64,000 nucleotides of DNA from Rhodospirillaceae bacterium MC! (GTDB taxonomy: Bacteria > Pseudomonadota > Alphaproteobacteria > MC1): assembly GCA_002632265.1 (NCBI GenBank), contig NQOV01000007.1, positions 143,823 to 207,822 of the forward strand. The letters are read 5' to 3'. The notes under the pieces were generated by a model that saw only the letters and a list, made by a program, of their open reading frames with translations, was not told where the DNA came from and searched no databases. The first letter of the stretch is position 1; every line of letters starts with the position of its first letter. The position numbers and the translations under genes are program-made. This document shows positions 52,272-62,439 of this stretch, in pieces.

Positions 52272-54179
52272 ATGAGCAATAATTTTGACAATTACGATAA
52301 CACCAATAACAGCAATAAACAAGATACTAGAAATATAGTTATATTTGTTATTATAGCAGTAATTTTATTCTTAGGATATTTCGCCTATACAACGTATATC
52401 AACCCACCACCAGCAGATAAAAAACCTGTAGCTAGCCAAAGCAAAACAGGAGCTAATAATAAAGGGACTACTAATACAAATGGCACAAGCGACATCGCTA
52501 CCCCTGATCTAAGTGGCACAGATAACACTCTACAATCAAGCACTAATCAAGCTCTAGCCAAGCATAAAGCCAATACTCCCCTTGATACTCCACGCCTAAA
52601 GATAGAATCAAGTGGTGTAAGTGGTTCGATAGCTCTAAAAGGTGCATTTATTGATGATGTTACCTTGAAAAACTACTACAAAACAGTAGCCCATAAGACT
52701 AAGATCATTCTCTTAAAAAAGCGTGGCTTACAAAATGCCTATTACTCTAATTTCGGTTGGGTTTTAAGTGATAAAAGTATTATCGTTCCCAATAAGAATA
52801 CTCTATGGTCTACCAACGATAGCCTATTAACAGAAACCAAACCAGTAACCTTATTTTGGAAAAATCCTCAAGGTGTTACATTCTTCCAAGATATCAGCAT
52901 TGATAAGGATTTCATGTTTACCATTAAGCAACGTGTAAAAAATGAATCCAACAAAAACTTTACCGTTTACCCTTATGCGAAAGTCGTTAGCCATGGCACT
53001 CCTGAAATTGAAGCGAATGTCCGTTCATCATACATCATGCACATTGGATTCATTGGCTCGTTGGGAAAAAGCGTTCAACGTGAGAAATTCCTAAAACTAT
53101 TTGATAAGGATGATCAAATAACCAAAGATTCAAGCGAAGAATCTTGGGTGGGGATGACAACAAAAAGTTGGCTAGTAGCCGTTGCTCCAGCTCAACAAAA
53201 AACAGAAATCACCGCTCACATGTTCGGTTTAAATAAAGATGCACTATTTCCCACTTTAGAAACCAACTACATTTCCAAACTTGGCATAATTGCCAACGCA
53301 GGGCAAGAAGTAAGCTACAGTTCCCACTTATTTGCAGGAGCTAAAGAAATTAAGATCCTAAACAAATACAGAGACACATATCATCTTGATAAATTTGATT
53401 ACTCTGTGGATTGGGGATGGTTTAGCTTTATTACCAAGCCATTATTCTTACTATTAAACTTCCTAGCTACTTCCATTGGTCATGTGGGGATTGCGATTCT
53501 TGTATTAACATTAATTGTGAAATCTTGCTTATTCCCACTTGCTTATAAATCTTCCATATCTATGAATAAGATGAAGATTCATCAGCCAGAATTAAAAGCT
53601 CTAAAGGAAAAATATGGCGACGATAAAACAAGAATCCAAAAGGAAACCATGGCCATTTACAAACGCCACAAGATCAATCCTGCATCAGGTTGTTTGCCAA
53701 TGATTATCCAAGTGCCGATCTTCTTTAGTTTATATAAAGTGTTCTATGTAACAATTGAAATGCGTCAGCAACCATTCTTTGGCTGGATTCACGATCTAAC
53801 ATCGCAAGATCCTACAACACTATGGAATCTATTCGGCTTGATACCTTACAACATCACCGAACATCTGCCATTCCAAATGCCTCAAATGCTACATTTAGGT
53901 GCATGGCCGATCTTACTTGGGATTTCTATGTGGTTTCAACAAAGAGCCAATCCACAACCAACAGATCCAACCCAAGCGAAAATCATGAAATGGTTACCTG
54001 TAATCTTTACCTTAATGCTTTCAACATTCCCAGTTGGTCTAGTAATTTACTGGACATGGAATAACTCATTGACAGCCATACAACAATTCACAATCCAAAA
54101 ACTAAACCTAGGACAAGAAAAAAAGATAAAAGACAAAACCAAAGCCGAAAAGAAAGAAGCCAAAAAACATCCTAAATAA
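52272..54179 (+). CDS. yidC: Membrane protein insertase YidC
   Basis: DWGWF.FITKP, NPASGCLP, IEMRQQPF.GWIHDL, GLVIYWTWNN. ATG at 52272 preferred as start. Confidence 0.97.
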   Translation: MSNNFDNYDNTNNSNKQDTRNIVIFVIIAVILFLGYFAYTTYINPPPADKKPVASQSKTGANNKGTTNTNGTSDIATPDLSGTDNTLQSSTNQALAKHKANTPLDTPRLKIESSGVSGSIALKGAFIDDVTLKNYYKTVAHKTKIILLKKRGLQNAYYSNFGWVLSDKSIIVPNKNTLWSTNDSLLTETKPVTLFWKNPQGVTFFQDISIDKDFMFTIKQRVKNESNKNFTVYPYAKVVSHGTPEIEANVRSSYIMHIGFIGSLGKSVQREKFLKLFDKDDQITKDSSEESWVGMTTKSWLVAVAPAQQKTEITAHMFGLNKDALFPTLETNYISKLGIIANAGQEVSYSSHLFAGAKEIKILNKYRDTYHLDKFDYSVDWGWFSFITKPLFLLLNFLATSIGHVGIAILVLTLIVKSCLFPLAYKSSISMNKMKIHQPELKALKEKYGDDKTRIQKETMAIYKRHKINPASGCLPMIIQVPIFFSLYKVFYVTIEMRQQPFFGWIHDLTSQDPTTLWNLFGLIPYNITEHLPFQMPQMLHLGAWPILLGISMWFQQRANPQPTDPTQAKIMKWLPVIFTLMLSTFPVGLVIYWTWNNSLTAIQQFTIQKLNLGQEKKIKDKTKAEKKEAKKHPK

Positions 54180-54190
54180 AATCCCCCTAC

Positions 54191-54255
54191 TTACAGGATA
54201 AACAAAAAAGCATATGACTAATAAGAAGTCATATGCTTTTTTGTTTATCCTGTAA
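54191..54255. terminator. Long bidirectional hairpin between yidC and transporter copy 1
   Basis: TTACAGGATAAACAAAAAAGCATATGACT...AGTCATATGCTTTTTTGTTTATCCTGTAA; related hairpins at 56072-56108 and 57966-58000. Confidence 0.8.
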
Positions 54256-54266
54256 ATTAATATTAA

Positions 54267-55655
54267 TTATTCTTTTGATTTATTTGGTTTGGTTACGTGT
54301 CTCATCACTAATTTTTTACCGAAGAATGTGAATGATATCATCAAGATAACGCTACCGACTGCTACAATAGCAGAGAGAATTAAATATGTATGAGAAAAAC
54401 CATAAACATCAAAGGATTTACCAATCGCAGGGCTTTCAAGGAAACTGCCGAAATTATTAATTAACTGAAAGCCGATCAAAAACACCATACCATTAGTTTT
54501 AATATTAAAATATACTTCAATATAAGCCAATACTGCCACTACAACCAAAGGATTAATAGACGCAAATATTAAGCGTGCAATTATTATAATCGTCTTACTG
54601 TGCATAACCCCCGCAAAACCTGATACAAATAAGAATATGGAAATGGCAAAAGCTAACACGACCATAGCTCTTTGTGGTCCTATTTTCTTTATTACTTTTG
54701 ATGAATACATACTCAAAACAAAAGCAATAGCCGAAACTGGTACACCAAGCATGGAAATTAATTGAATGGCAAAGGCGTGGCTCTCCTTATCTGATCCATA
54801 GAAAGTAAGGAAATATCTACCAAATTGTCCATTTTGTGTATATAGAACCACAACAATAACCAAATTAAAGAGAATTAGATTATATAAACATTTATTTTTA
54901 AGCAATTTAAAATAGTCTTTAAATTTAGCTTTTGCATCAGGAATAACCTTACCAGCGGTTGAACCGTCTTCATGAGAGACTTCTTCCACTTCAAAAGAAT
55001 TGATTTTTAAGGAAATAACAAAGGCTAATAATACAAATGCAAGAATACTCACAAAATAAAATGTGTATATCGCACCATATACATAAAGAATCCCACTAAT
55101 AGGGGCCATAACCCCCCACCCTGCAAGACCGGCCGCATTCACAATCCCAAATGTACCGCCATGTGCTCGCACAAAACGATCACAATAACTACAGATCACC
55201 CCTGCCCCTGCATAAAACATGAATCCTAAATATACACCACCTAACAGAGCAGTTACATATAAATATGGATGTGTTGTTGTGGTGGTTGCTACACCATTTA
55301 CAGTAGTAGTTACTTCATGGGTAACTCTTAATAACGGTCCATAAACAAATTGAAAAAATGGGCCTGTACCCACCGCTAATAAGGTAATTGCATAAAGCAA
55401 ATGCTTTCTTAATAATAATTTATCTAAAAAATAACCAAAAAACGGTTTAAAAATTATGGCTACTCCACCTTTTAAACCAAGTAATAAACCAATTTCAACT
55501 CCATTTAAATGTATTTTATCTTGCAACCAAATGGCAAAGATATCACCTGCAATCGACGCCACCAAACAAGCATGTAAAAAATTAACCATGCTGATTTTAA
55601 AAGTTGCCATTCGTGGGCTATCTGGTTGGAGGTGTTTTTTTACTGTATCTATCAT
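54267..55655 (-). CDS. LacY/RafB/CscB-family MFS transporter, copy 1
   Basis: FAIWLQD..L, PFFGYFLDKLLLRKHL, PFFQFVYGPLL, QFGRYF and YLIGF-type motifs parallel LacY; about 12 TM. Confidence 0.85.
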   Translation of the reverse strand: MIDTVKKHLQPDSPRMATFKISMVNFLHACLVASIAGDIFAIWLQDKIHLNGVEIGLLLGLKGGVAIIFKPFFGYFLDKLLLRKHLLYAITLLAVGTGPFFQFVYGPLLRVTHEVTTTVNGVATTTTTHPYLYVTALLGGVYLGFMFYAGAGVICSYCDRFVRAHGGTFGIVNAAGLAGWGVMAPISGILYVYGAIYTFYFVSILAFVLLAFVISLKINSFEVEEVSHEDGSTAGKVIPDAKAKFKDYFKLLKNKCLYNLILFNLVIVVVLYTQNGQFGRYFLTFYGSDKESHAFAIQLISMLGVPVSAIAFVLSMYSSKVIKKIGPQRAMVVLAFAISIFLFVSGFAGVMHSKTIIIIARLIFASINPLVVVAVLAYIEVYFNIKTNGMVFLIGFQLINNFGSFLESPAIGKSFDVYGFSHTYLILSAIVAVGSVILMISFTFFGKKLVMRHVTKPNKSKE

Positions 55656-55848
55656 GATACTCTCCTTTTAAATATAATTTAATAGCTGAATTTCGACAAT
55701 TTAATCTTGATATTTAAAATGAATATTTGACATACATCAATCAAGATTTTTTTAGAATTTAAATATAATCGATCATCAGCCTTGTATATACAAGATAGCT
55801 TGCTAAACTATCTTATATTAAAATATCATATTATTTCATAATTGTCAA
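55656..55848 (-). promoter_or_regulatory. Conserved promoter and structured leader of the LacY-like paralogues (copy 1)
   Basis: TTGACA-17-TATTTT with extended TG; AAGATAG-N9-CTATCTT at +1. Equivalent regions at 57532-57758, 59626-59762 and 61602-61789. Confidence 0.65.
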
Positions 55849-56157
55849 GTAATATATATGAACCTATATAGTAAATAAATTTTTTTTACTATTTATATTT
55901 CACAATATAGATAGTAAAAATACACTGCTTTTATAAAATAGTATGTAGTATTTATTAGTGTAGTATTATATATCTTACAATTAGCAACTCATATTTCTTT
56001 ACATTTTATATGGAGAAAATAAATATAAAAATCACAACTAATTTTATTCATATATCTAGATTCTCCAAGACAAAAAAGCATATGACTAATAAGAAGTCGT
56101 ATGCTTTTGAGTTAGCTAGGAATAATTAAGATAAATTAATATTAATATTAATATTAA

Positions 56158-57531
56158 TTATTCTTGTGGTTTATTTGGTTTGGTTACGTGTCTCATGACT
56201 ATTTTTTTACTAAAGAAAGTAAATGATAGGATCAGAACAACGCCACTGACTGCTACAATACAAGCTAGTGCTATATATGTATGGGCGAAACCGTAAACAT
56301 CGAATGATTTACCGATTGCTGGACTTTCAAGGAAACTACCGAAGTTGTTCATTAATTGAAATCCGATTAGATACACCATACCACTAATTTTCATATTAAA
56401 GTATACGGCAACATAAGCTAATACTGCTACAGTAATTAATGGGTTGATTGATGCGAAGATTAAACGTGCGATGATGATAACTGCTTTACTGTGCATTAAA
56501 CCCGCAAAGCCTGACACAAATAAGAATCCCGCCACTAAGAACGCCAATAGAACCATGGCTTTTTGCGGTCCAATTTTTGCTATTACTTTTGATGAGTACA
56601 TACTCAAAACAAAAGCGATAGCCGAAACAGGTACACCAAGCATAGATATTAAGCGAATAGCAAAGGCATGGCTCTCTTTATCTGCACCCCAGAAAGTAAG
56701 GAAGTATCTACCAAATTGTCCACTTTGTGAGTATAAAACCACAACAATAAGCATATTAAATAAAATCAAATTAAAGAAATTCTTACTTTTACATAGTCTA
56801 AAGTAATCTTTAAAGCTCGCACGTTTTTCAGGAATTACTTTTCCTGCGATTGCGTCTTCACTTTCTGCCACTTCGTCCACTTCAAATGATTTAACTTTTA
56901 AAGAAAAAACAACGATTACGAATATAACTGCCAAAGCACTACAGAAATAGAATGTGTAAATCGCACCATATACATAAAGGAAACCACTAATAGGGGCCAT
57001 AACTCCCCAACCAGCAAGGTTAAAAGCGTTCACAATACCATATGTACCACCGTGAGCTCTTACAAAACGATCACAATAACTAAATATTACCGCAGATCCA
57101 GCATAGAACATGAATCCTAAATATATACCACCTAAAAGAGCGGTTAAATATAAATATGGATGAGTTGTGGTAGTTACCCCATTAACGGTAGCAGTATGGG
57201 TAAAAGTTAATAGTGGTCCATAAATAAATTGGAAGAATGGTCCAGTACCTACGGCACAAATTGCAATCGCATATATTAAATGCTTTCTTAACAATAATTT
57301 ATCTAGGAAATAACCAAAGAACGGTTTAAAGAATATGGCAACACCACCTTTTAAACCCAGTAACAAACCGATTTCCGCACCATCTAGATGGATTTTATCT
57401 TGCAACCAAATGGCGAAGATATCCCCTGCAATGGAAGCTACTAAACAAGCGTGTAAAAAACTAACCAAGCATATTTTTATGGTGGCTACTTTTTGACTGT
57501 CAGGGAGGTGTTTTTTTATTGTATCTATCAT
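56158..57531 (-). CDS. LacY-family MFS transporter, copy 2
   Basis: Close paralogue of copy 1; AAGGAG RBS. Confidence 0.85.
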   Translation of the reverse strand: MIDTIKKHLPDSQKVATIKICLVSFLHACLVASIAGDIFAIWLQDKIHLDGAEIGLLLGLKGGVAIFFKPFFGYFLDKLLLRKHLIYAIAICAVGTGPFFQFIYGPLLTFTHTATVNGVTTTTHPYLYLTALLGGIYLGFMFYAGSAVIFSYCDRFVRAHGGTYGIVNAFNLAGWGVMAPISGFLYVYGAIYTFYFCSALAVIFVIVVFSLKVKSFEVDEVAESEDAIAGKVIPEKRASFKDYFRLCKSKNFFNLILFNMLIVVVLYSQSGQFGRYFLTFWGADKESHAFAIRLISMLGVPVSAIAFVLSMYSSKVIAKIGPQKAMVLLAFLVAGFLFVSGFAGLMHSKAVIIIARLIFASINPLITVAVLAYVAVYFNMKISGMVYLIGFQLMNNFGSFLESPAIGKSFDVYGFAHTYIALACIVAVSGVVLILSFTFFSKKIVMRHVTKPNKPQE

Positions 57532-58012
57532 GATACTCTCCTTTTAAAAAATAATTTAACAAGCCAACTTTCTAGAATTTATCTTGATATTTTTTTTATC
57601 TTGATATAATTTACCTTGATATTTTAGAATGAATATTTTAAGTTACATCAATCAAGAATCTTTTAAGCTCTAAATCTTTCGATTGTTGGCCTTGCATATA
57701 CAAGATAGCTTACTTTACTATCTTTTGTTAGCATATCATATTATATCGAACTTGTCAAGTAATATATATATATTTATATAATAAATGTATATATATTACT
57801 ATTTTAATTTGACGATAAAACAAATAAAAAACACTACTTTTATTAAATAGTATATAGTATTTACTTACATGCTATATAGTATAGAGTTCTCTAATTAGTA
57901 TTTTGTTACAATCTGCACATGCAAAATTAACTTACAATTACAACACTAAAGATTCTCACAAACTAAAAAGCATACGACTTACAAACGAAATCATATGCTT
58001 TATAAAAGTTCT

Positions 58013-58246
58013 TAAGTATTTGTTCTTAAGTGGGGCGTCGTGTACTACACGCTTACATAAGCCCCACTTAAGGGCATTAAATGAATGCTTTTTCACGCTC
58101 AAACATCTAAGGAGTGGGAAAAAGTACTTAGTTAATGTTCTTAAGTGGGGCGTCGTGTACTACACGCCTACATAAGCCCCACTTAAGGGCATTAAATGAA
58201 TGCTTTTTCACGCTCAAACATCTAAGGAGTGGGAAAAAGTACTTAG
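58013..58246. repeat. Tandem palindromic elements (subtype B), 115-bp period
   Basis: GTTCTTAAGTGGGGCGTCGTGTACTACACGC(T/C)TACATAAGCCCCACTTAAG at 58022 and 58137. Confidence 0.9.
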
Positions 58247-59625
58247 CTTGTTTTGGTTTCAAGGTGTCTCATAACTAGCTTTTTACTAAAGAAAGTAAAC
58301 GATATGAAAAGCAGAACTCCGCCAGATATTACAATGGCTGATAAAATCATGTATGTATGTCCGAATCCGTAGACATCAAAGGATTTACCTATAATGGGAC
58401 TTTCGATAAAACTACCGAAGTTATTGATTAGATGAAATCCTAGCAAGAACACCATACCATTAATTTTTGCATTGAAATACGAAGAAATATAGCCTAAAAC
58501 TGCTACTGTAACTAGCGGATTTATTGAAGCAAACATAAAACGAGAAATGATTATAATAGTTCTACTGTGCATTTGTCCCGCAAGACCTGCAACAAATAAA
58601 AATAATGCTACACAGAAAGATAATATAAGCATTGCTCTTTGTGCTCCGATTTTTTCTATTACTTTTGATGAGTATATACTTAAAACAAAAGCTATAACAG
58701 AAACAGGAACTCCTAGCATTGCCATAATTTGAATGGCGTGGGCATGGCTGGCGGTATCTGATCCGTAGAATGTAAGGAAGTATCTACCGAACTGTCCGTG
58801 TTGTGAATATAAAACAACCACAACTAGCACATTAAATAGAATTAGATTATAGAAATTCTTATTTTTAAGTAATTTAAAGTAATCTTTAAATTTAGCTCTT
58901 TCTTTGGGAATAACTTTTTTACCAGCGGAATCCTTATCGCTCTCTTTTAGATCTTGAACGTCAAATGAATCGACTTTTAAGGAATAGATTGCTCCTAATA
59001 ATGCAAATGCTAAAACGCTGACAAAATAAAATGTGTATATTGCTCCATATACATAAAGGAAACCACTAATTGGGGCCATAACTCCCCAACCTGCAAGGTT
59101 AAAAGCGTTCACGATACCATATGTACCACCATGAGCTCTAATATAACGATCGCAATAACTAAATATTACCCCTGCCCCTGCATAAAACATGAATCCTAAA
59201 TATAAACCACCTAATACAGCGGTTAAATATAAATATGGATGTGTTGTGGTTGTGGTTGCTACACCATTTACAGTAGTAGTTACTTCATGGCTAATACTTA
59301 ATAGCGGACCATAAACAAACTGGAAAAATGGACCCGTACCAATGGCAAATAGAGCTATTAAATATATTAAGTGTTTTCTTAATAATAATTTGTCTAAAAA
59401 ATAACCAAAAAACGGCTTGAAAAATATGGCTACACCACCTTTTAGACCAAGCAAAAGACCAATCTCCGCACCGTCTAGATGTATTTTATCTTCTAACCAA
59501 ATGGCAAAGATATTCCCTGCAATGGAAGCCACCAAACAAGCATGCAAAAACGCAACTAAACATATTTTTATGGTTGCTACTCTTTGGCTATCAGGTTGGA
59601 GGTTTTTTTTAATTGTATCTCTCAT
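58243..59625 (-). CDS. LacY-family MFS transporter, copy 3
   Basis: Close paralogue; AAGGAG RBS. Confidence 0.85.
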   Translation of the reverse strand: MRDTIKKNLQPDSQRVATIKICLVAFLHACLVASIAGNIFAIWLEDKIHLDGAEIGLLLGLKGGVAIFFKPFFGYFLDKLLLRKHLIYLIALFAIGTGPFFQFVYGPLLSISHEVTTTVNGVATTTTTHPYLYLTAVLGGLYLGFMFYAGAGVIFSYCDRYIRAHGGTYGIVNAFNLAGWGVMAPISGFLYVYGAIYTFYFVSVLAFALLGAIYSLKVDSFDVQDLKESDKDSAGKKVIPKERAKFKDYFKLLKNKNFYNLILFNVLVVVVLYSQHGQFGRYFLTFYGSDTASHAHAIQIMAMLGVPVSVIAFVLSIYSSKVIEKIGAQRAMLILSFCVALFLFVAGLAGQMHSRTIIIISRFMFASINPLVTVAVLGYISSYFNAKINGMVFLLGFHLINNFGSFIESPIIGKSFDVYGFGHTYMILSAIVISGGVLLFISFTFFSKKLVMRHLETKTS

Positions 59626-60119
59626 GATACTCTCCTTTAAAAAAATAATTTAAATGACCAATGATTTATTGTTGATATTTACATATCAGTTATTGGCTTT
59701 ATATATGAAATAGCTTTTTAACTATCCTCTATTAAGGTATCATAATATATCGTATCTGTCAAGTAATACATATACATTTATATATTAAGTAAATTTTTAT
59801 TACTATTTGTATTTTACGATATATAAGATAAAAATATACTCTATTTAATATGTAGTATATAGTATTTATCAATATATTATTGCGAATCTTATAATTAAAA
59901 ATTCATATTTTATTACAATTTGTATATGCAAAATAAATATTAAAACAATAGGATACTACTTCCACTTATCTTAGATTCGCTCACAAACTAACAACACACA
60001 TATTATTATACTTAATCATCTTTCATATAATATACGCTTTATACTATGCTCTCATCAAAAAGAGCGAGTTCTGCCGTGAGATGATATTCTTAAAACCACT
60101 TAGCAAAAATAATTAACAA

Positions 60120-60160
60120 AAAACAAACCATTGTGATATAATAATCACAATGGTTTATTT
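60120..60160 (-). terminator. Terminator hairpin after transporter copy 4
   Basis: AAACCATTGTGAT...ATCACAATGGTTT followed by a T-rich tract on the minus strand. Confidence 0.7.
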
Positions 60161-60203
60161 CTACATTCTTAAAGTTTTTTGCTTAAATAGTCAAAAACTT
60201 TAG

Positions 60204-61601
60204 TTATTTATCGATCTTGGTTTTTAGATGTCTCATAACTATTTTCTTATTTAAGAATGTTAATGATATGAAAATCACAATCGCACCCGCAGAAACTACC
60301 ACGGCTAAAATTATAAAGGTGTTTGCAAACCCGTAATAATCAAATAATCTACCAATAATCGGATTTTCAATCAGACCACCTAAATTATTGATCAAATGAA
60401 AGCCGATCAAGAACACCATACCGTTAATTTTAGCATTGAAATATGAGGCAATGTAGCCCAACACAACCACCGTAATTAAAGGATTTACTATGGCAAACAG
60501 TAAACGAGCTGTTATTATGATAGGTCTACTATGTATTTCCCCTGCACAACCAGCAATGAAGAAATATCCTGCTACGCAAAAAGATAATATGATCATACCT
60601 TTTTGCACGCCAATTTTATCAATAATCTTAGATGAATAAATACTAAACACAAAAGCAATAATAGAAGCAGGAATCCCTAACCAAGACATGATTTGAATGG
60701 CATGGGCGTGGCTAATTTTATCAGTTCCATAGAATGTAAGGAAATATCTACCTGATTGTCCGTTCTGTACGTAAAAAACAACAACAATAAATATATTAAA
60801 GATTATAAGATTATAAAAGTTCTTATTTTTTAATAATCTAAAGTAATCTTTAAATTGAGCTTTTTCCTTGGGAATAACTTTATTGCGAACTGATTCGCTT
60901 TCTTCTTTGTCTTTTTCCTCTTTCTCTTCTTCCACATCAAAGGGACGAACATTTAAGGAGAAAATAACACCAAATAAGATAATTGCCAATCCACTTACAA
61001 AATAAAATGTGTATATCGCACCATATACATAAAGGAAACCACTAATTGGGGCCATAACTCCCCAACCAGCAAGGTTAAAAGCGTTCACAATACCATATGT
61101 ACCACCATGAGCTCGGATATAACGATCGCAATAACTATAAATTACCCCTGTACCTGCATAAAACATGAATCCTAAATACAAACCACCTAAAAGAGCAGTT
61201 ACATATAAATATGGATGTGTTGTACTTATGGTTGCAACCCCATCAACCATGTTAGTTACTTCATGGGTTGTCTTTAATAATGGTCCATAAATGAACTGAA
61301 AAAACGGCCCTGTACCAACCGCACATACGGCAATCGCATACATTAAATGCTTTTTTAACAATAGTTTATCTAAGAAATAGCCAAAGAAAGGTTTAAAGAA
61401 TATGGCTACACCACCTTTTAAACCTAACAGAATACCAATTTCTGTACCATTTAAATGTATTTTATCTTGCAACCAGATGGCAAATATATCCCCTGCAATG
61501 GATGCCACTAAACAAGCATGTAAAAAACTAACCAAGCATATTTTTATGGTTGCTATGTTTTTACTATCTGGCTGGAGATGTTTTTTTAATGTGTCTATCA
61601 T
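60204..61601 (-). CDS. LacY-family MFS transporter, copy 4
   Basis: Close paralogue, more diverged in the C-terminal half. Confidence 0.85.
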   Translation of the reverse strand: MIDTLKKHLQPDSKNIATIKICLVSFLHACLVASIAGDIFAIWLQDKIHLNGTEIGILLGLKGGVAIFFKPFFGYFLDKLLLKKHLMYAIAVCAVGTGPFFQFIYGPLLKTTHEVTNMVDGVATISTTHPYLYVTALLGGLYLGFMFYAGTGVIYSYCDRYIRAHGGTYGIVNAFNLAGWGVMAPISGFLYVYGAIYTFYFVSGLAIILFGVIFSLNVRPFDVEEEKEEKDKEESESVRNKVIPKEKAQFKDYFRLLKNKNFYNLIIFNIFIVVVFYVQNGQSGRYFLTFYGTDKISHAHAIQIMSWLGIPASIIAFVFSIYSSKIIDKIGVQKGMIILSFCVAGYFFIAGCAGEIHSRPIIITARLLFAIVNPLITVVVLGYIASYFNAKINGMVFLIGFHLINNLGGLIENPIIGRLFDYYGFANTFIILAVVVSAGAIVIFISLTFLNKKIVMRHLKTKIDK

Positions 61602-62029
61602 AATAGTCTTCTTTTAATTTAAAAATAATTTTACAACCAATTTGTGATATCTGTACTTAATATATGTATATTATATATAAATAAAGAATCATTTTAAAGC
61701 GAGAATCTCTCACTTGTTGGCCATGTGTATATAAGATAGTATATAAAACTATCTAATGTTAAGATATCATACTATATCTTGTTAATCAAGTAATTTATTT
61801 ATATTTACATATAAAATAAATTTTTATTACTACTTTCATAATAACAAAATAATATATTAAAACATATTATTTTTATAGTATACTATATACTACTTATTAA
61901 GATAGTATATGATTTATATTCCCCTATTTGTATTTTGTTACAATTTATATATACACAATTAAATTAGATTAAAACGAAATACTGTTAATTTATATATTAA
62001 GATTCGCTCATCCCTTATTGTCATTCCCC

Positions 62030-62320
62030 CATTATTGTCATTCCACATGATAACAGAACATCATAAAGAAAATATGATTGTGTTGTGTTCTGTTGTCTTC
62101 TGTTGTATCCTGTTGTCTTACATTGTCTTAAATTGTGCTTATCATTATTATTGCTGGCCTATATATTAGGCCAGCAAATACAAACATTAGAAATGATATA
62201 TAATGAAGTGATATATAATGAATGTTTTGACTTGTAAAAGAGGATTATAATATGGAATAGCAATATGTCCAGCCAGACATTCAACCATTCAACCATTCAA
62301 TCATTCAGCCATTCAGCCAG
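62030..62320. repeat. Internally collapsed copy of the GGCCTAA element with microsatellite expansions
   Basis: 62032-62082 is the reverse-complement homologue of 33880-33929; TTGCTGGCCTA-TATAT-TAGGCCAGCAA at 62151-62177; 10-bp TGTTGTNNNN and 8-bp CATTCAAC repeats. Confidence 0.7.
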
Positions 62321-62439
62321 CCAACAAAAGCAAGAGAAAAAAGTACACACAAGCCTAAACCTGCATGTAACTTTTGATAGATATGTAACTTGTCTAACAT
62401 CCCCAAGTTAGGAAAAGAAAGCCAACAAGCAAACCCCAT

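Noticed and set aside
55727-55740. FNR/FixK box TTGAC-ATAC-ATCAA in the copy 1 leader
   Set aside because: It is not conserved in the other three leaders and lies well downstream of the predicted promoter.
57903-58175. 90-aa ORF on the + strand
   Set aside because: It runs through a terminator and the palindromic repeats and has no RBS; a chance open frame.
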